From positions 256,025 to 320,024 of the forward strand of contig OZ244955.1 of NCBI GenBank assembly GCA_965222525.1: a DNA stretch of 64,000 bases, given 5' to 3'. This stretch comes from Rickettsiales bacterium (GTDB lineage: Bacteria; Pseudomonadota; Alphaproteobacteria; Rickettsiales; UBA8987). The position numbers were made by a program, and so were the translations under genes. Of this stretch, positions 8,876 through 18,703 are shown one piece after another (the first letter of the stretch is position 1; every line of letters begins with the position of its first letter). A model generated the notes under the pieces. The model made no database searches and was not told where the DNA came from. It saw only the letters and a program-made list of their open reading frames with translations.

Positions 8876-9454
8876 GTGGCGTTCAATGGTGACCTGGCGG
8901 TTGATACTGAAACCCGTGGGCTGAATATCGCATTGCGTGACAGGCTGTGTGTTGTACAACTTTCCGATGGTGGTGGCAATGCGCATCTGGTACAGTTTGA
9001 CGGCGAGAACTACGATGCGCCAAATCTGCGGAAGCTGCTTGCAGATGAAGGGCGTACCAAAATCTTCCACTATGCCCGCTTTGACCTGGCTGCTATCAAG
9101 CATTACCTGGATGTTGATATCCGCAATATATATTGTACCAAAATCGCATCCCGACTGGCCCGCACCTATTCCGACAAGCACGGGCTGAAGGAGTTATGCA
9201 AGGAATTTCTGGGGGTGGATTTATCCAAGCAGCAGCAATCCTCATATTGGGGGGCGAAGGATTTATCCAAGGCGCAGATAAGTTATGCCGCAGCAGATGT
9301 ATTATATCTCCATAAGTTGCGGGACAAGCTTAATGTAATACTTGAGGATGATAACCGCATTGAACTGGCACAGCAATGTTTTGACTGCCTGCCCGCCCGT
9401 GTTGCACTGGACTTGCAAGGCTGGAGCGATACTGATATATTCTCGCATAATTAG
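8876..9454 (+). CDS. DEDD-family 3'-5' exonuclease (small RNase D-like)
   Basis: 192 aa, GTG start. Carries LAVDTETRGL (Exo I), FHYARFDLAAI (Exo II) and YAAADVLYLHKL (Exo III). Confidence 0.75.
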   Translation: MAFNGDLAVDTETRGLNIALRDRLCVVQLSDGGGNAHLVQFDGENYDAPNLRKLLADEGRTKIFHYARFDLAAIKHYLDVDIRNIYCTKIASRLARTYSDKHGLKELCKEFLGVDLSKQQQSSYWGAKDLSKAQISYAAADVLYLHKLRDKLNVILEDDNRIELAQQCFDCLPARVALDLQGWSDTDIFSHN

Positions 9455-9456
9455 AA

Positions 9457-9701
9457 CCCCTCCCGCTTGCGGGAGGGGAGAAAATCTGAGGAAACCATAT
9501 CTTCCGTAGCTTTAGCGCAGGAGGATTGTTTCCCGGATTTTCGGGGAGGGAATGATGAAGTGCTGAGTGTTTAGTGCTGAGTGTTTTCAACAGGAGACCT
9601 AGCACTCAACACTCCGCACTTTGCACTTACCGTATTCCCCCACCAGAAATTCGGGAATTAAAATTCCTCGAATTTCTTGCCTCCCCCGCAAGCGGGGGAG
9701 G
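9457..9701. repeat. Composite of nested repeats: family C copy, a second small palindrome, and an inverted deleted family C copy
   Basis: 9457-9552 is family C. 9558-9620 has AGTGCTGAGTGTT...AGCACTCAACACT inverted repeats. 9635-9701 is a reverse-orientation family C lacking the central hairpin. Confidence 0.8.
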
Positions 9702-9745
9702 TGTACAGTAGAATTAACCTGCCCAGCCATTACACACCCCCTCCC

Positions 9746-10819
9746 ATGCTACATGTTCCATTCAGTCTCGTAATCAATCGCCTCGCAGTGACGGCGTGGG
9801 TGTTGCTGTGTATTGCTCTCTCCTTTATGGATTTATCCTTTATCTCTGACTCGATGGGTACTGACTCCGAGCATCTGCTCAATATTACATATGGCGGTGA
9901 AACCGATGGAATAGAAGGAGCGTATGGGGCTACCGCCAAGATTTTCCGCCTAATCCCCGAGGTTTTGCTGAATCCCGTTGTACTGGCGATAAGCTGTTTT
10001 GCGCTGGTATTGTTTATGAAGGATTTCCGCCGTTATAGAACTATCGCCATGGCGATGTATATTACGCTCCCCGCCATGCTGCTATTCATGACCCGTCCGC
10101 AGAAGGAAACCATAGTTATATGCCTGACAATTATAACATTCTTTATATTTCGTTCGCGATTGTCGGAGATGAAGAAAATATTGCTTATGACCGCACTTTA
10201 CGGTGCATACGCCTATTTTATCCGCGAATATTATTTCATTATTATCGTATTCTTTTTCGGCCTGTATTTTATGAAAAAAATGCACGGGATGATTCGCCTG
10301 GCGATTATACCGATTTCACTGGCAGCCCTTGCGTTACTGCCGTCTGATATTTTCCTGGAAACCCAGGGGATGCGTGATTTTGTCAATTACTGGCTGGGAA
10401 CGGATAAACGGGTGATACGTACGGCATTTGTCAACCCCTACCCTGCCGACAATGCCTGGCATTTTATCCTGAACTACGGATATGCCGCCCTGCGGCTGCA
10501 TCTGCCGATATTTTTCATGGCGCCAACATATAAGGAGGTGCTGCATATCGCCTCCGTATGGCTGTTTATCTGGTTTATCTGGATTGGTATGAATGCTCGC
10601 AAGGATATAACAGGGGCAGGAAAAAAGCGGGAAAGCCTGGGTAACAATGCAATATTATCTTCTCAACTTGCACTTGCGCATGTGCTGACCCTGCTTATAT
10701 TTGAACCTGATTTAGGTAGTTATTTAAGACACTTAACATCTATTTTCTTGTATCTTACTCCAAGTATGCTATTATACGACACTGGTAAACATAGGAAGAT
10801 TCGTATCGTTACCAGCTAG
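9746..10819 (+). CDS. Polytopic membrane protein, possibly a polysaccharide polymerase/ligase-like protein
   Basis: The track ORF starts at 9677, inside the repeat (MPPPQAGEV is repeat-encoded). I prefer the Met at 9746 (MLHVPFSLV). About 10 hydrophobic helices. The function call rests only on topology and the TagF-like neighbour. Confidence 0.45.
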   Translation: MLHVPFSLVINRLAVTAWVLLCIALSFMDLSFISDSMGTDSEHLLNITYGGETDGIEGAYGATAKIFRLIPEVLLNPVVLAISCFALVLFMKDFRRYRTIAMAMYITLPAMLLFMTRPQKETIVICLTIITFFIFRSRLSEMKKILLMTALYGAYAYFIREYYFIIIVFFFGLYFMKKMHGMIRLAIIPISLAALALLPSDIFLETQGMRDFVNYWLGTDKRVIRTAFVNPYPADNAWHFILNYGYAALRLHLPIFFMAPTYKEVLHIASVWLFIWFIWIGMNARKDITGAGKKRESLGNNAILSSQLALAHVLTLLIFEPDLGSYLRHLTSIFLYLTPSMLLYDTGKHRKIRIVTS

Positions 10820-10946
10820 ATAGACTTTCAGGAAGTCTTTCCGACTTTCCAGTGTAATTATCAGCAACTGATTGTAGAATATCAGGACGGCAAAAGGTCG
10901 CGGTGTATTTTTTTGGTCAAAATCAATTAGCTAATAAAAGGTTAAA

Positions 10947-12191
10947 GTGCATACAGGTATAAATAAAATTGTCTGGCATATGTTTCATGAGTTGTTTTAC
11001 CTGCTCATACTGCCGCTGGACCTGCTTGTCCCCAAACGTAAGGATTACTGGATTTTTGCACTCAAGCACGGCATTCCGTGGGGAGATAATCTGCGTAATA
11101 TTTTCGAGCGTGCGCTGGAAGACCCTGACATTACCCCAATTCTGCTTACCAACGGTTCTGACCCGCGTGATGACATAAAACAGCTCTATGCCGACAGGGG
11201 AATTGATATAATAACCGCAAAACGTATGAGTCTGCGCGGGGTTGGCTATTTCCTGCGCTCGAAATTCTGCTTTATCAGTTTTAGCAACATGGAATTATAC
11301 AGCGTTCTTATCCCGCAATTCCGCCATAATATTATCAATTTGTGGCATGGAATAAGGGTAAAGGCGGTTGGGTTTGCACTGCCGAAAAAGCGCAATTACC
11401 GCAGTGTACGCAAGTTCCTCAACCCGCATTACATATATTGTGACTATTATATTTCCAGTTCCGAGGTGGACAAGCTCGCCATGTGTACTACAATGATGCA
11501 TAACCCTCATAAAGTCTGGGTTACAGGCTCACCGCGCAATGACTATCTGTTTGAGGAAACCAGACTGCCCCCCGATTTGCAGGCAGAAGACGAGCATCTG
11601 AAAAAGGTACTGAATGGGCGGAAACTGGTGCTTTATTCGCCTACTTTCAGGGAATGGCGGGATAATGTTAACCCTATTTCCGATGAGAAGAATGCTGCAG
11701 CACTGGCGAAACTGGCGGAGAAATATGGTGCGGTATTCGGCATCCGCAAGCACTGGAGTGACCATGCACTGCAAATAGTAGACGGGCTGGGGATTATAGA
11801 CTGCGGCAACAAGGAATTTCCCAATTCACAGATTGTAATCCGGAATGCTGATATAATGATTTCCGATTATTCGAGCATATGGGTGGATTACCTGCTGCTC
11901 AACCGCCCTGTAATCGGCTATTGCTATGATTATGAACGTTATCTGCGCGACAGGTCGCTTTTATTCCGATATGATAACATCTTCCCGGGTGAGATAACCT
12001 ATAATTTCGACGAGCTTGTATCTGCCCTGGAATCCGTGCTGAAAGGCGAGGAAAGTGCCGATTCAAAGGCTCTTCGTAAATCCTCCCGTAAATTCTTCTT
12101 CAGCCATTTCGACAACCAGTCCACCACCCGCGTCTACACCAAAATCCAGGAGACTTATTTTGGTAAGAAGTGTCATTCTTCTAACAACTGA
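10947..12191 (+). CDS. CDP-glycerol/ribitol glycerophosphotransferase (TagB/TagF family)
   Basis: 414 aa. LVLYSPTFREW and MISDYSSIWVDYLLLNRPVIGYCYDYERY match the TagF-family catalytic region. Confidence 0.7.
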   Translation: MHTGINKIVWHMFHELFYLLILPLDLLVPKRKDYWIFALKHGIPWGDNLRNIFERALEDPDITPILLTNGSDPRDDIKQLYADRGIDIITAKRMSLRGVGYFLRSKFCFISFSNMELYSVLIPQFRHNIINLWHGIRVKAVGFALPKKRNYRSVRKFLNPHYIYCDYYISSSEVDKLAMCTTMMHNPHKVWVTGSPRNDYLFEETRLPPDLQAEDEHLKKVLNGRKLVLYSPTFREWRDNVNPISDEKNAAALAKLAEKYGAVFGIRKHWSDHALQIVDGLGIIDCGNKEFPNSQIVIRNADIMISDYSSIWVDYLLLNRPVIGYCYDYERYLRDRSLLFRYDNIFPGEITYNFDELVSALESVLKGEESADSKALRKSSRKFFFSHFDNQSTTRVYTKIQETYFGKKCHSSNN

Positions 12192-12211
12192 CCTCTGACA
12201 ACTGATAACTA

Positions 12212-14128
12212 TCACCCCACCCCGCTCATGAGGCGCTGGGTTTCGTAGAGGATTTTACCGCCGATAGGAGCGGCGATTTGTGAACCGTAACCGCCATGTT
12301 CTATCACCACTGACACCGCATAGCGCGGGGCGTGCACCGGCGCAAAGCCTATAAACAGCGCATGATAGCGCTCCTGCCGCTCGGTGGGGATATATTTGAA
12401 AGTCTTGTGACTCAACACCTGCGCCGTACCGGTTTTTCCTGCAAACTCCCTTCCTTCAACGGTGACCCGGTTGCGATATACCAGCCCTCGCCAGTGATTT
12501 ACCACCATATCCATACCATCCAGCACCGTTTGCAAATGTTCCTGTGATATACCTTCAATCTGCGGGAATTCCTCACGCTCTCGCGGTACCAGTATCTTCC
12601 GGCCACCGTCAATCGAAACCAACTCCTTCTCCGGCTCCCTTATTACCAGCCGCGGTACCACAGCCCGCCCGCCACTTGCCATACGTGCCGCCGCTACTGC
12701 AAGCTGTAACGGAGTTGACAGAACATAACCCTGTCCGATACCGGTATTAAGCGTCTCGCCCTGATACCAGGGCTCGCCGATTACAGCCGGTTTCCATCTG
12801 GTATCGGGAATAACCCCTGCTTTCTCGCCTGGCAATTCTATACCCAAAGGTTCATCAAACCCAAGCTTGCGGGCGGTTTCAGCAATTTTGTCAACCCCAA
12901 GCAATTTGGCGGTATGATAGAAATACACATTGCATGACTGCGCAATCGCACGTTTTAAATCAAGCTCACCATGCCCGTCACGATACCAGCAATGGAAATT
13001 ACGATCACCGAATGTATAGAATCCCGGGCAGAATACCGTCGTATCCGCATTGATTATACCATTCTGTAATGCCGCCAATGCAACTATGGTTTTGAATGTT
13101 GAGCCGGGAGGATATTCTGCCGCAACCGCCTTGTTGATAAAGGGCAAATCCGGGTCTTTATTAAGATAGTTCCAGTATTCCGGCTCTATCTTGCGCACAA
13201 ATTTATTGGAATCATAACCCGGTACCGAAACCATAGCCAGTACATCGCCGGTTTTTATATCCAGCACTACCGATGAACCGCCCTCAGTCTGCAAGCCACC
13301 CTTGCCGATAAGCTGTGCATGGACAAATTGCTGTAACTCTATATCTATAGTCAGCCGTGCATCTTCCCCGGGCACACCCTCATTGGTATCCAGCTCGCGC
13401 ACATGACTGCCGCGTGCATTCACCTCGACCTGCCGTACACCGGCCTTGCCACGCAAACTATCCTCCAGCGCCCGCTCCAGCCCCGTCTTGCCCACCCTGA
13501 ATTCGGGATGGCGGATGATATTGCCTTCCTTGAGGTCTTCCTCGGAAGGCTCGCTCAAATAGCCGGTTATGTGCGACATTGTCTCGCTATGCAGGTAATG
13601 GCGCACCTCCAGCGATTCTATGTTAACTCCCGGCAGATCGGGAATATTTACCTCGATTTTGGCAACCTTGTCCCAGTCCAGAAAATCCTCGATCAAAAGC
13701 TGTTCGTTATTGGGCAAATCGGCAAGCTGCTTTATCAGCTCTTCCTGTCTTTCTACCGGCAGGTCAATCAGGTGGGACAGATTTGCTATAGTTTCCTCCT
13801 GTATGGAGGTGTCGGTGGTTTTATTCCCCCGTAATATCCGGCTGGTAATGCTCGCCGGCGGGCGTACCGAAGGGTCGAGCAGAAGGCGGTAGCGCGGGGT
13901 ACCTTCCGCCACTATTACCCCGTTGCGGTCAAGGAACTTACCTCGACGCGGTAATACAGGATATAGCCGCACACGGTTATCCTCGGACAGGGTCTGATAG
14001 CGGTCGGCCTCACTGAATTGCAGGTAATACAGCCGTGAGCCGAGTGCCGAAAGCAGGCACAGCTTCGCCCCGCCAAGCACTACCGCCCGCCTGGTCAACC
14101 CCCGTGATTTTATAATCTGACTACGCAT
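12212..14128 (-). CDS. mrdA: Penicillin-binding protein 2 (elongation transpeptidase)
   Basis: 638 aa. N-terminal anchor, then SxxK (GSTFK), SxN (QSCN) and KTG (GKTGTA) motifs. Confidence 0.9.
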   Translation of the reverse strand: MRSQIIKSRGLTRRAVVLGGAKLCLLSALGSRLYYLQFSEADRYQTLSEDNRVRLYPVLPRRGKFLDRNGVIVAEGTPRYRLLLDPSVRPPASITSRILRGNKTTDTSIQEETIANLSHLIDLPVERQEELIKQLADLPNNEQLLIEDFLDWDKVAKIEVNIPDLPGVNIESLEVRHYLHSETMSHITGYLSEPSEEDLKEGNIIRHPEFRVGKTGLERALEDSLRGKAGVRQVEVNARGSHVRELDTNEGVPGEDARLTIDIELQQFVHAQLIGKGGLQTEGGSSVVLDIKTGDVLAMVSVPGYDSNKFVRKIEPEYWNYLNKDPDLPFINKAVAAEYPPGSTFKTIVALAALQNGIINADTTVFCPGFYTFGDRNFHCWYRDGHGELDLKRAIAQSCNVYFYHTAKLLGVDKIAETARKLGFDEPLGIELPGEKAGVIPDTRWKPAVIGEPWYQGETLNTGIGQGYVLSTPLQLAVAAARMASGGRAVVPRLVIREPEKELVSIDGGRKILVPREREEFPQIEGISQEHLQTVLDGMDMVVNHWRGLVYRNRVTVEGREFAGKTGTAQVLSHKTFKYIPTERQERYHALFIGFAPVHAPRYAVSVVIEHGGYGSQIAAPIGGKILYETQRLMSGVG

Positions 14129-14151
14129 TACATATGCCTAAAATTTGCAAT

Positions 14152-14298
14152 TGTCATGCTGAACTCGTTTCAGCATTCATCTGTCATAATCCTAAGACTG
14201 GCAATTGTGACGGAGTTTACCAAAATACATAGAACTGGTTATCTGTGATCAATACTGGTCATTGGATAAATAGATCCCGAAACAAGTTCGGGATGACA
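14152..14298. repeat. MITE-like element, family A
   Basis: TGTCATGCTGAACTCGTTTCAGCATTCAT ... GATCCCGAAACAAGTTCGGGATGACA terminal inverted repeats; 147 bp. Confidence 0.85.
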
Positions 14299-14312
14299 AT
14301 CAATAAAGCATA

Positions 14313-15575
14313 TTGAGTAATACAATAAAAATAATTATAAACAAAAAAATGAGTATTATCAGTATAGCGAGTATTCTTGTCAGTCTATGTGCGGTTTTTG
14401 CCTATGTGAATTACCGCCTGCTCAGGCTGCCGACCACTATCGGGATTATGGTGATTGCGCTGGTGCTGTCGCTTGGGGTTCTGATACTGAACAGCTTCGG
14501 GGTTGATGTCAAAACCTCAATCGAACCGCTTATAAATAATATAGATTTCAGCGAGGCGCTGCTGCACGGGATGTTAAGTTTTCTGCTATTTGCGGGTGCG
14601 ATGCATGTCAATCTTGACCACTTGCTGGAGCAGAAATGGATTGTCGGGATTCTTGCCTCATTCGGCACGATATTCTCAACATTTGCAGTAGGCTTTATCA
14701 CATACTACCTGTTTGCAGCGCTGGGATTCGAGATTCCGCTGATATATGCACTGATTTTCGGCTCTTTAATATCTCCCACCGACCCGATTGCGGTAATGGC
14801 GATACTCAGGAAAGCAGGCGTGCCTAAGACGCTGGAAACCAAGGTAGTGGGCGAATCCCTGTTCAATGACGGGATTGCGGTTGTGGTATTTATCGGCCTG
14901 CTGTCGATTGCAACCAAGGGGCAGGCCAGTGCCGGTGAAATCGCCATGTTATTTGCACAGGAAGCTATAGGAGGTGTGCTACTTGGGCTTTTGCTTGGTT
15001 ATATAACTTATCGTCTGCTCGCAACGGTTGATGACTTCCCGCTGGAGATATTGCTAACACTGGCACTGGTTATGGGTGGTTATGAGCTAGCACATACACT
15101 GCATACATCCGGCCCGATAGCAATGGTAGTTGCAGGCCTGCTGATTGGTAATCATGGCAAGAAATACGCCATGTCCGAGCGTACCCGTGAACATCTCGGC
15201 AATTTCTGGGAACTGGTGGATGAGTTCTTAAATGCGGTACTGTTTTTACTGATAGGACTGGAACTATTACTGGTAAAACCTGACTCAACCGCAATCATAG
15301 TCGGAATTATAATGATACCGACTTTACTCGGGATAAGGCTGTTTTCAGTATGGACACCGGTAGCAATACTGAAAAAACACCGCAGCTTTAGCCCTAACGT
15401 AGTTAAAATCCTTACCTGGGGCGGCTTGCGCGGCGGTATATCGGTTGCGCTGGTACTATCACTTCCCGCAGGCGAAATCCGTGACTTCCTGCTAATCACC
15501 ACCTACTGCATAGTCCTGTTCTCCATCATAGTCCAGGGGCTGACTATTGAAAAGGTAGCAAAAATCGGAGAATGA
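14313..15575 (+). CDS. Na+/H+ (cation:proton) antiporter, CPA1/NhaP-like
   Basis: 420 aa, about 12 TM helices. Carries ISPTDPIAV and ESLFNDGIAVV motifs. An alternative start lies at 14349. Confidence 0.8.
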   Translation: MSNTIKIIINKKMSIISIASILVSLCAVFAYVNYRLLRLPTTIGIMVIALVLSLGVLILNSFGVDVKTSIEPLINNIDFSEALLHGMLSFLLFAGAMHVNLDHLLEQKWIVGILASFGTIFSTFAVGFITYYLFAALGFEIPLIYALIFGSLISPTDPIAVMAILRKAGVPKTLETKVVGESLFNDGIAVVVFIGLLSIATKGQASAGEIAMLFAQEAIGGVLLGLLLGYITYRLLATVDDFPLEILLTLALVMGGYELAHTLHTSGPIAMVVAGLLIGNHGKKYAMSERTREHLGNFWELVDEFLNAVLFLLIGLELLLVKPDSTAIIVGIIMIPTLLGIRLFSVWTPVAILKKHRSFSPNVVKILTWGGLRGGISVALVLSLPAGEIRDFLLITTYCIVLFSIIVQGLTIEKVAKIGE

Positions 15576-15630
15576 ACTACCCAGCCAAATTGCACCCAAA
15601 AAGACTAAAGGCTAGAAACTACACTACAAC

Positions 15631-16488
15631 CTAATCGCCTGCGGCTTCCATGGCTTCCTCGAATTCCTTGAAGGAGGGCATGACGTCACCGGGAATCATC
15701 TTGCGGGCATATTCGACCGTAACCGCAGGTGCATTACCCTGCACATGCGCCAATATCGCAGTTTTTATACATTCGTAGTATTTATGCTCCTCGGCAAAGA
15801 ACTTGCCGATATATTGTCCCATCGGCCCGACAAAGCCGTATGCCAGCAGGATCCCCAGGAACGTACCCACCAGCGCCGCACCGATCAGCCCACCCAGAAT
15901 CTCCGGCGGTTCGGTAATACTACCCATAGTGATAATCACCCCCAGCACCGCTGCCACAATACCCAGTGCCGGGAAAGAGTCACCTAGTGTCACAATGGCG
16001 CTGGAAATCGTCTCCTTATGATGGTGATGTTCCTCAAGCTCGGCATTCATCATATCCTCAAGCTGATACTGGTTATCTACTCCCATCGTCAACAACCTTA
16101 TGTAATCATTGAAGAAATCGAGTGCATGGTGGTTTTTCATGAAAGTCGGATATTTGTTATATAGCTCACTACCTTCCGGCTCCTCCATCTGCTTTTCCAT
16201 TTCAAGCAGTCCCTTGGTTTTCATGAATTTGCATACATTATAGAGGAAAAGGAGAAGCTCAATGTAATCGGCCTTTTTATACGGCCGGCTTTTGAGCAAA
16301 TATTTGAAGCTTCCCAGAGATTGTTTCACCAGCCCGGGCGGGTTTGATATGATAAATGAGCCTATCCCCGACCCGCCGATAATCAGGAATTCGGTAGGCT
16401 GGTTAAGCACCGCAAGATTACCATGGTGAAGTACATATCCACCAAGCACACAGCCGATAACCGTTATGACGCCGATAATAAAAAACAT
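15631..16488 (-). CDS. motA: Flagellar stator protein MotA
   Basis: 285 aa. MotA/PomA-like N-terminus (MFFIIGVITVIGCVLGGYVLHHG) and C-terminal TM3/TM4 (PALGIVAAVLGVIITMG...LVGTFLGILLAYG). No motB is adjacent. Confidence 0.8.
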   Translation of the reverse strand: MFFIIGVITVIGCVLGGYVLHHGNLAVLNQPTEFLIIGGSGIGSFIISNPPGLVKQSLGSFKYLLKSRPYKKADYIELLLFLYNVCKFMKTKGLLEMEKQMEEPEGSELYNKYPTFMKNHHALDFFNDYIRLLTMGVDNQYQLEDMMNAELEEHHHHKETISSAIVTLGDSFPALGIVAAVLGVIITMGSITEPPEILGGLIGAALVGTFLGILLAYGFVGPMGQYIGKFFAEEHKYYECIKTAILAHVQGNAPAVTVEYARKMIPGDVMPSFKEFEEAMEAAGD

Positions 16489-16583
16489 TGCCTGCTAACC
16501 GCCAGCCTACTATAAATAGTGTTACCGACTGGCTTATGCCACAAAATATATTGTAAAACAAATAATTTTTTTACGGGGATAAA

Positions 16584-17983
16584 ATGGATTATCTGGCCTG
16601 GTGGATTGTAGCGGTTCTTGTGGGAGGGATAACAGTCATGGCTGCGTATTTCGCCGGTAGCAGGCGTGCAATACGTGCGGCAGCGGCAACGGAAGAGGCT
16701 TTGCGTACGGAGCATGAGGAGCAGAATAACGAATTGCTGAAAGTTAATGCAGAACTTGAGGAATTGCTTGTTAAGTCGAAGAGTGATGCGAATGCGCTTG
16801 GCAGGATGCTGGAGAAAGAATCACAGTATAACAAGGAGATAAAGCAAAAATATAATTCCGAACATGAAAAGCGTATTGAATCGGAAAAAGAGTTGGTAAA
16901 AATCCAGCAGAAGATTATTGAAACCGAAAAAAGGCTGGAGGAATTCAGGGAAAATCATGAGCAGAATATGAAGAATGCCAAACTGGCCTTTACTGAAACA
17001 GGAGGCAAGGTTTTCCGCGAGGAAGCGGAGGGTGTCTACAAAAAAACCATGGAACAGTTCGACAGGATTATTAAATCGGTCTCCGGCCTGAGCAGCCGTG
17101 TTGTCAAGCATGAAGACAAGGTTGAGACTATGTGGAAGGCGCTTTCTACCCCTTCCGGGGCGGGGCAGTTTTCCGAAATCGGGCTTGAGAATACGCTGAA
17201 AAATTACGGGCTTGAGCCGGAACGGGACTTTGTATTACAGCCGGTGGTGGATGATGCGGAAAACCGCAGTAATCTGCGGCCGGATGCTCTGGTATTCCTG
17301 CCCGGCGGGAATATCCTGGTGATTGACAGCAAGGCCTCGATGTTTTTTCTGGAACTGGCAGAAGTTGAGGGTAGTGAACGGGAGCAGGCCATTCTGGACA
17401 AGCTGAAGAAGCGGATGAATGACCATCTGCGTGCGCTTGCCGGCAGGGGGTATAAGGATGCGGTGCAGAAATCCTATAAGAAGAGCGGGCGGGATGATGA
17501 GATAAATCATATATGACCGCCATGTTCCTGCATAGCGAGGCCAATATCGAGCGTTTATATCAGGTTGACCCGGAGTTTCGTCGCAAGGCCGCGGAATATA
17601 ATATTACCCCGACCGGCCCGACCGGTCTGGCTGGTTTCCTGTCACTGGCACGGTTGGAGATTGAAAAGGAAGAGCGCAACAAAAATCAGGAGCAAATCAT
17701 ACATGAAGTCAGTAAATTACTGGGATATATTAAGGCAGCACTTAAACATTCTGAAAATGTGGGCAGGGGTATCAAAAAGGCTGCGGAAAGTTACGAGGAT
17801 TTTGTTCGTTCCATGAATAGCCGGCTGCTACCGTCAGCCCGGCGGATTAACAGGATGGGGGTACAGCTTCCCGGTGACCATAACCTGCCGCAGAACCTTT
17901 CCGGCTATCACGTCACCATAACCGACACCCCCCTCATCGAAGGCGACGCGGAGGAGGTTAAAGTTAAAAAACTACCCGCTTAA
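16584..17983 (+). pseudogene. rmuC: DNA recombination protein RmuC, split into two ORFs (16584..17516 and 17513..17983)
   Basis: The N-terminal ORF has a TM anchor, a coiled coil and RPDALVFLPGGNILVIDSKAS. The C-terminal ORF continues with MFLHSEANIERLYQVDPE...ITPTGPTGLAGFL. The ORFs overlap by ATGA, which implies a 1-nt frame change near 17495-17515. Confidence 0.7.
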
Positions 17984-18082
17984 GGCTTGCCACCATAATT
18001 TATAGTGTTTTGAACTTTTTAATTGGGGTATTATAGTTATAAAATAGAGAGTTAAAGCAAACTCAGCATAGCAGCAAACAAT

Positions 18083-18697
18083 ATGAGAAAATTGATAATT
18101 ACAACTATGTTTTTGCTAATTCTACCGCTTCCTACATATGCACAGGTTGGCGGGATAAATCTGGGTAGTAGTGCCGACCAGCCGATAAACATTGAATCCG
18201 ACACTCTGACTGTCAAGCCGGGGAAGAATATGGCTGTATTCAAAGGCAAGGTGAAGGCTGAACAGGGAGATGTCACTCTTAAGTCCGATAATATGACGGT
18301 GTTCTACAGTAATGATAACGGTACTAAAAATGACAATAAGGATATGAGCGGAAAGCAGCTCTCGAAAATAGAGACTGCGGGTAATGTAATCCTTACCGTA
18401 CCCGGTAAATCGGCGAAATCCGATCAGGGTAAATATGATGTCGAGAAGGAATATATCGTATTGACCGGCAACGTAGAACTAACGCAGGATAACAACAAAT
18501 TGCGTGGTGAAAAATTCCTTTATAATATGCGTACCGGTGAAAGCCGTATGCAAAGCGGTAGTGGCAGCACGGGACCATCAGGAGGCCGTGCCAAGGCAAC
18601 ATTCGGCGGAAATAGTAGTAACAACTCCGGCAAAACCGACAGCGGACGGGTAAAGGGCTTCCTCATCCCCAAAGAAAAACCCTCCACTCCACGGTAA
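18083..18697 (+). CDS. lptA: LPS transport periplasmic protein LptA (OstA-like)
   Basis: 204 aa. Signal peptide, then IESDTLTV...AVFKGKVKAEQGDVTLKSDNMTVFY...GNVELTQDNNKLRGEKFLYNMRTGE. Confidence 0.8.
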   Translation: MRKLIITTMFLLILPLPTYAQVGGINLGSSADQPINIESDTLTVKPGKNMAVFKGKVKAEQGDVTLKSDNMTVFYSNDNGTKNDNKDMSGKQLSKIETAGNVILTVPGKSAKSDQGKYDVEKEYIVLTGNVELTQDNNKLRGEKFLYNMRTGESRMQSGSGSTGPSGGRAKATFGGNSSNNSGKTDSGRVKGFLIPKEKPSTPR

Positions 18698-18703
18698 AAA
18701 GCA

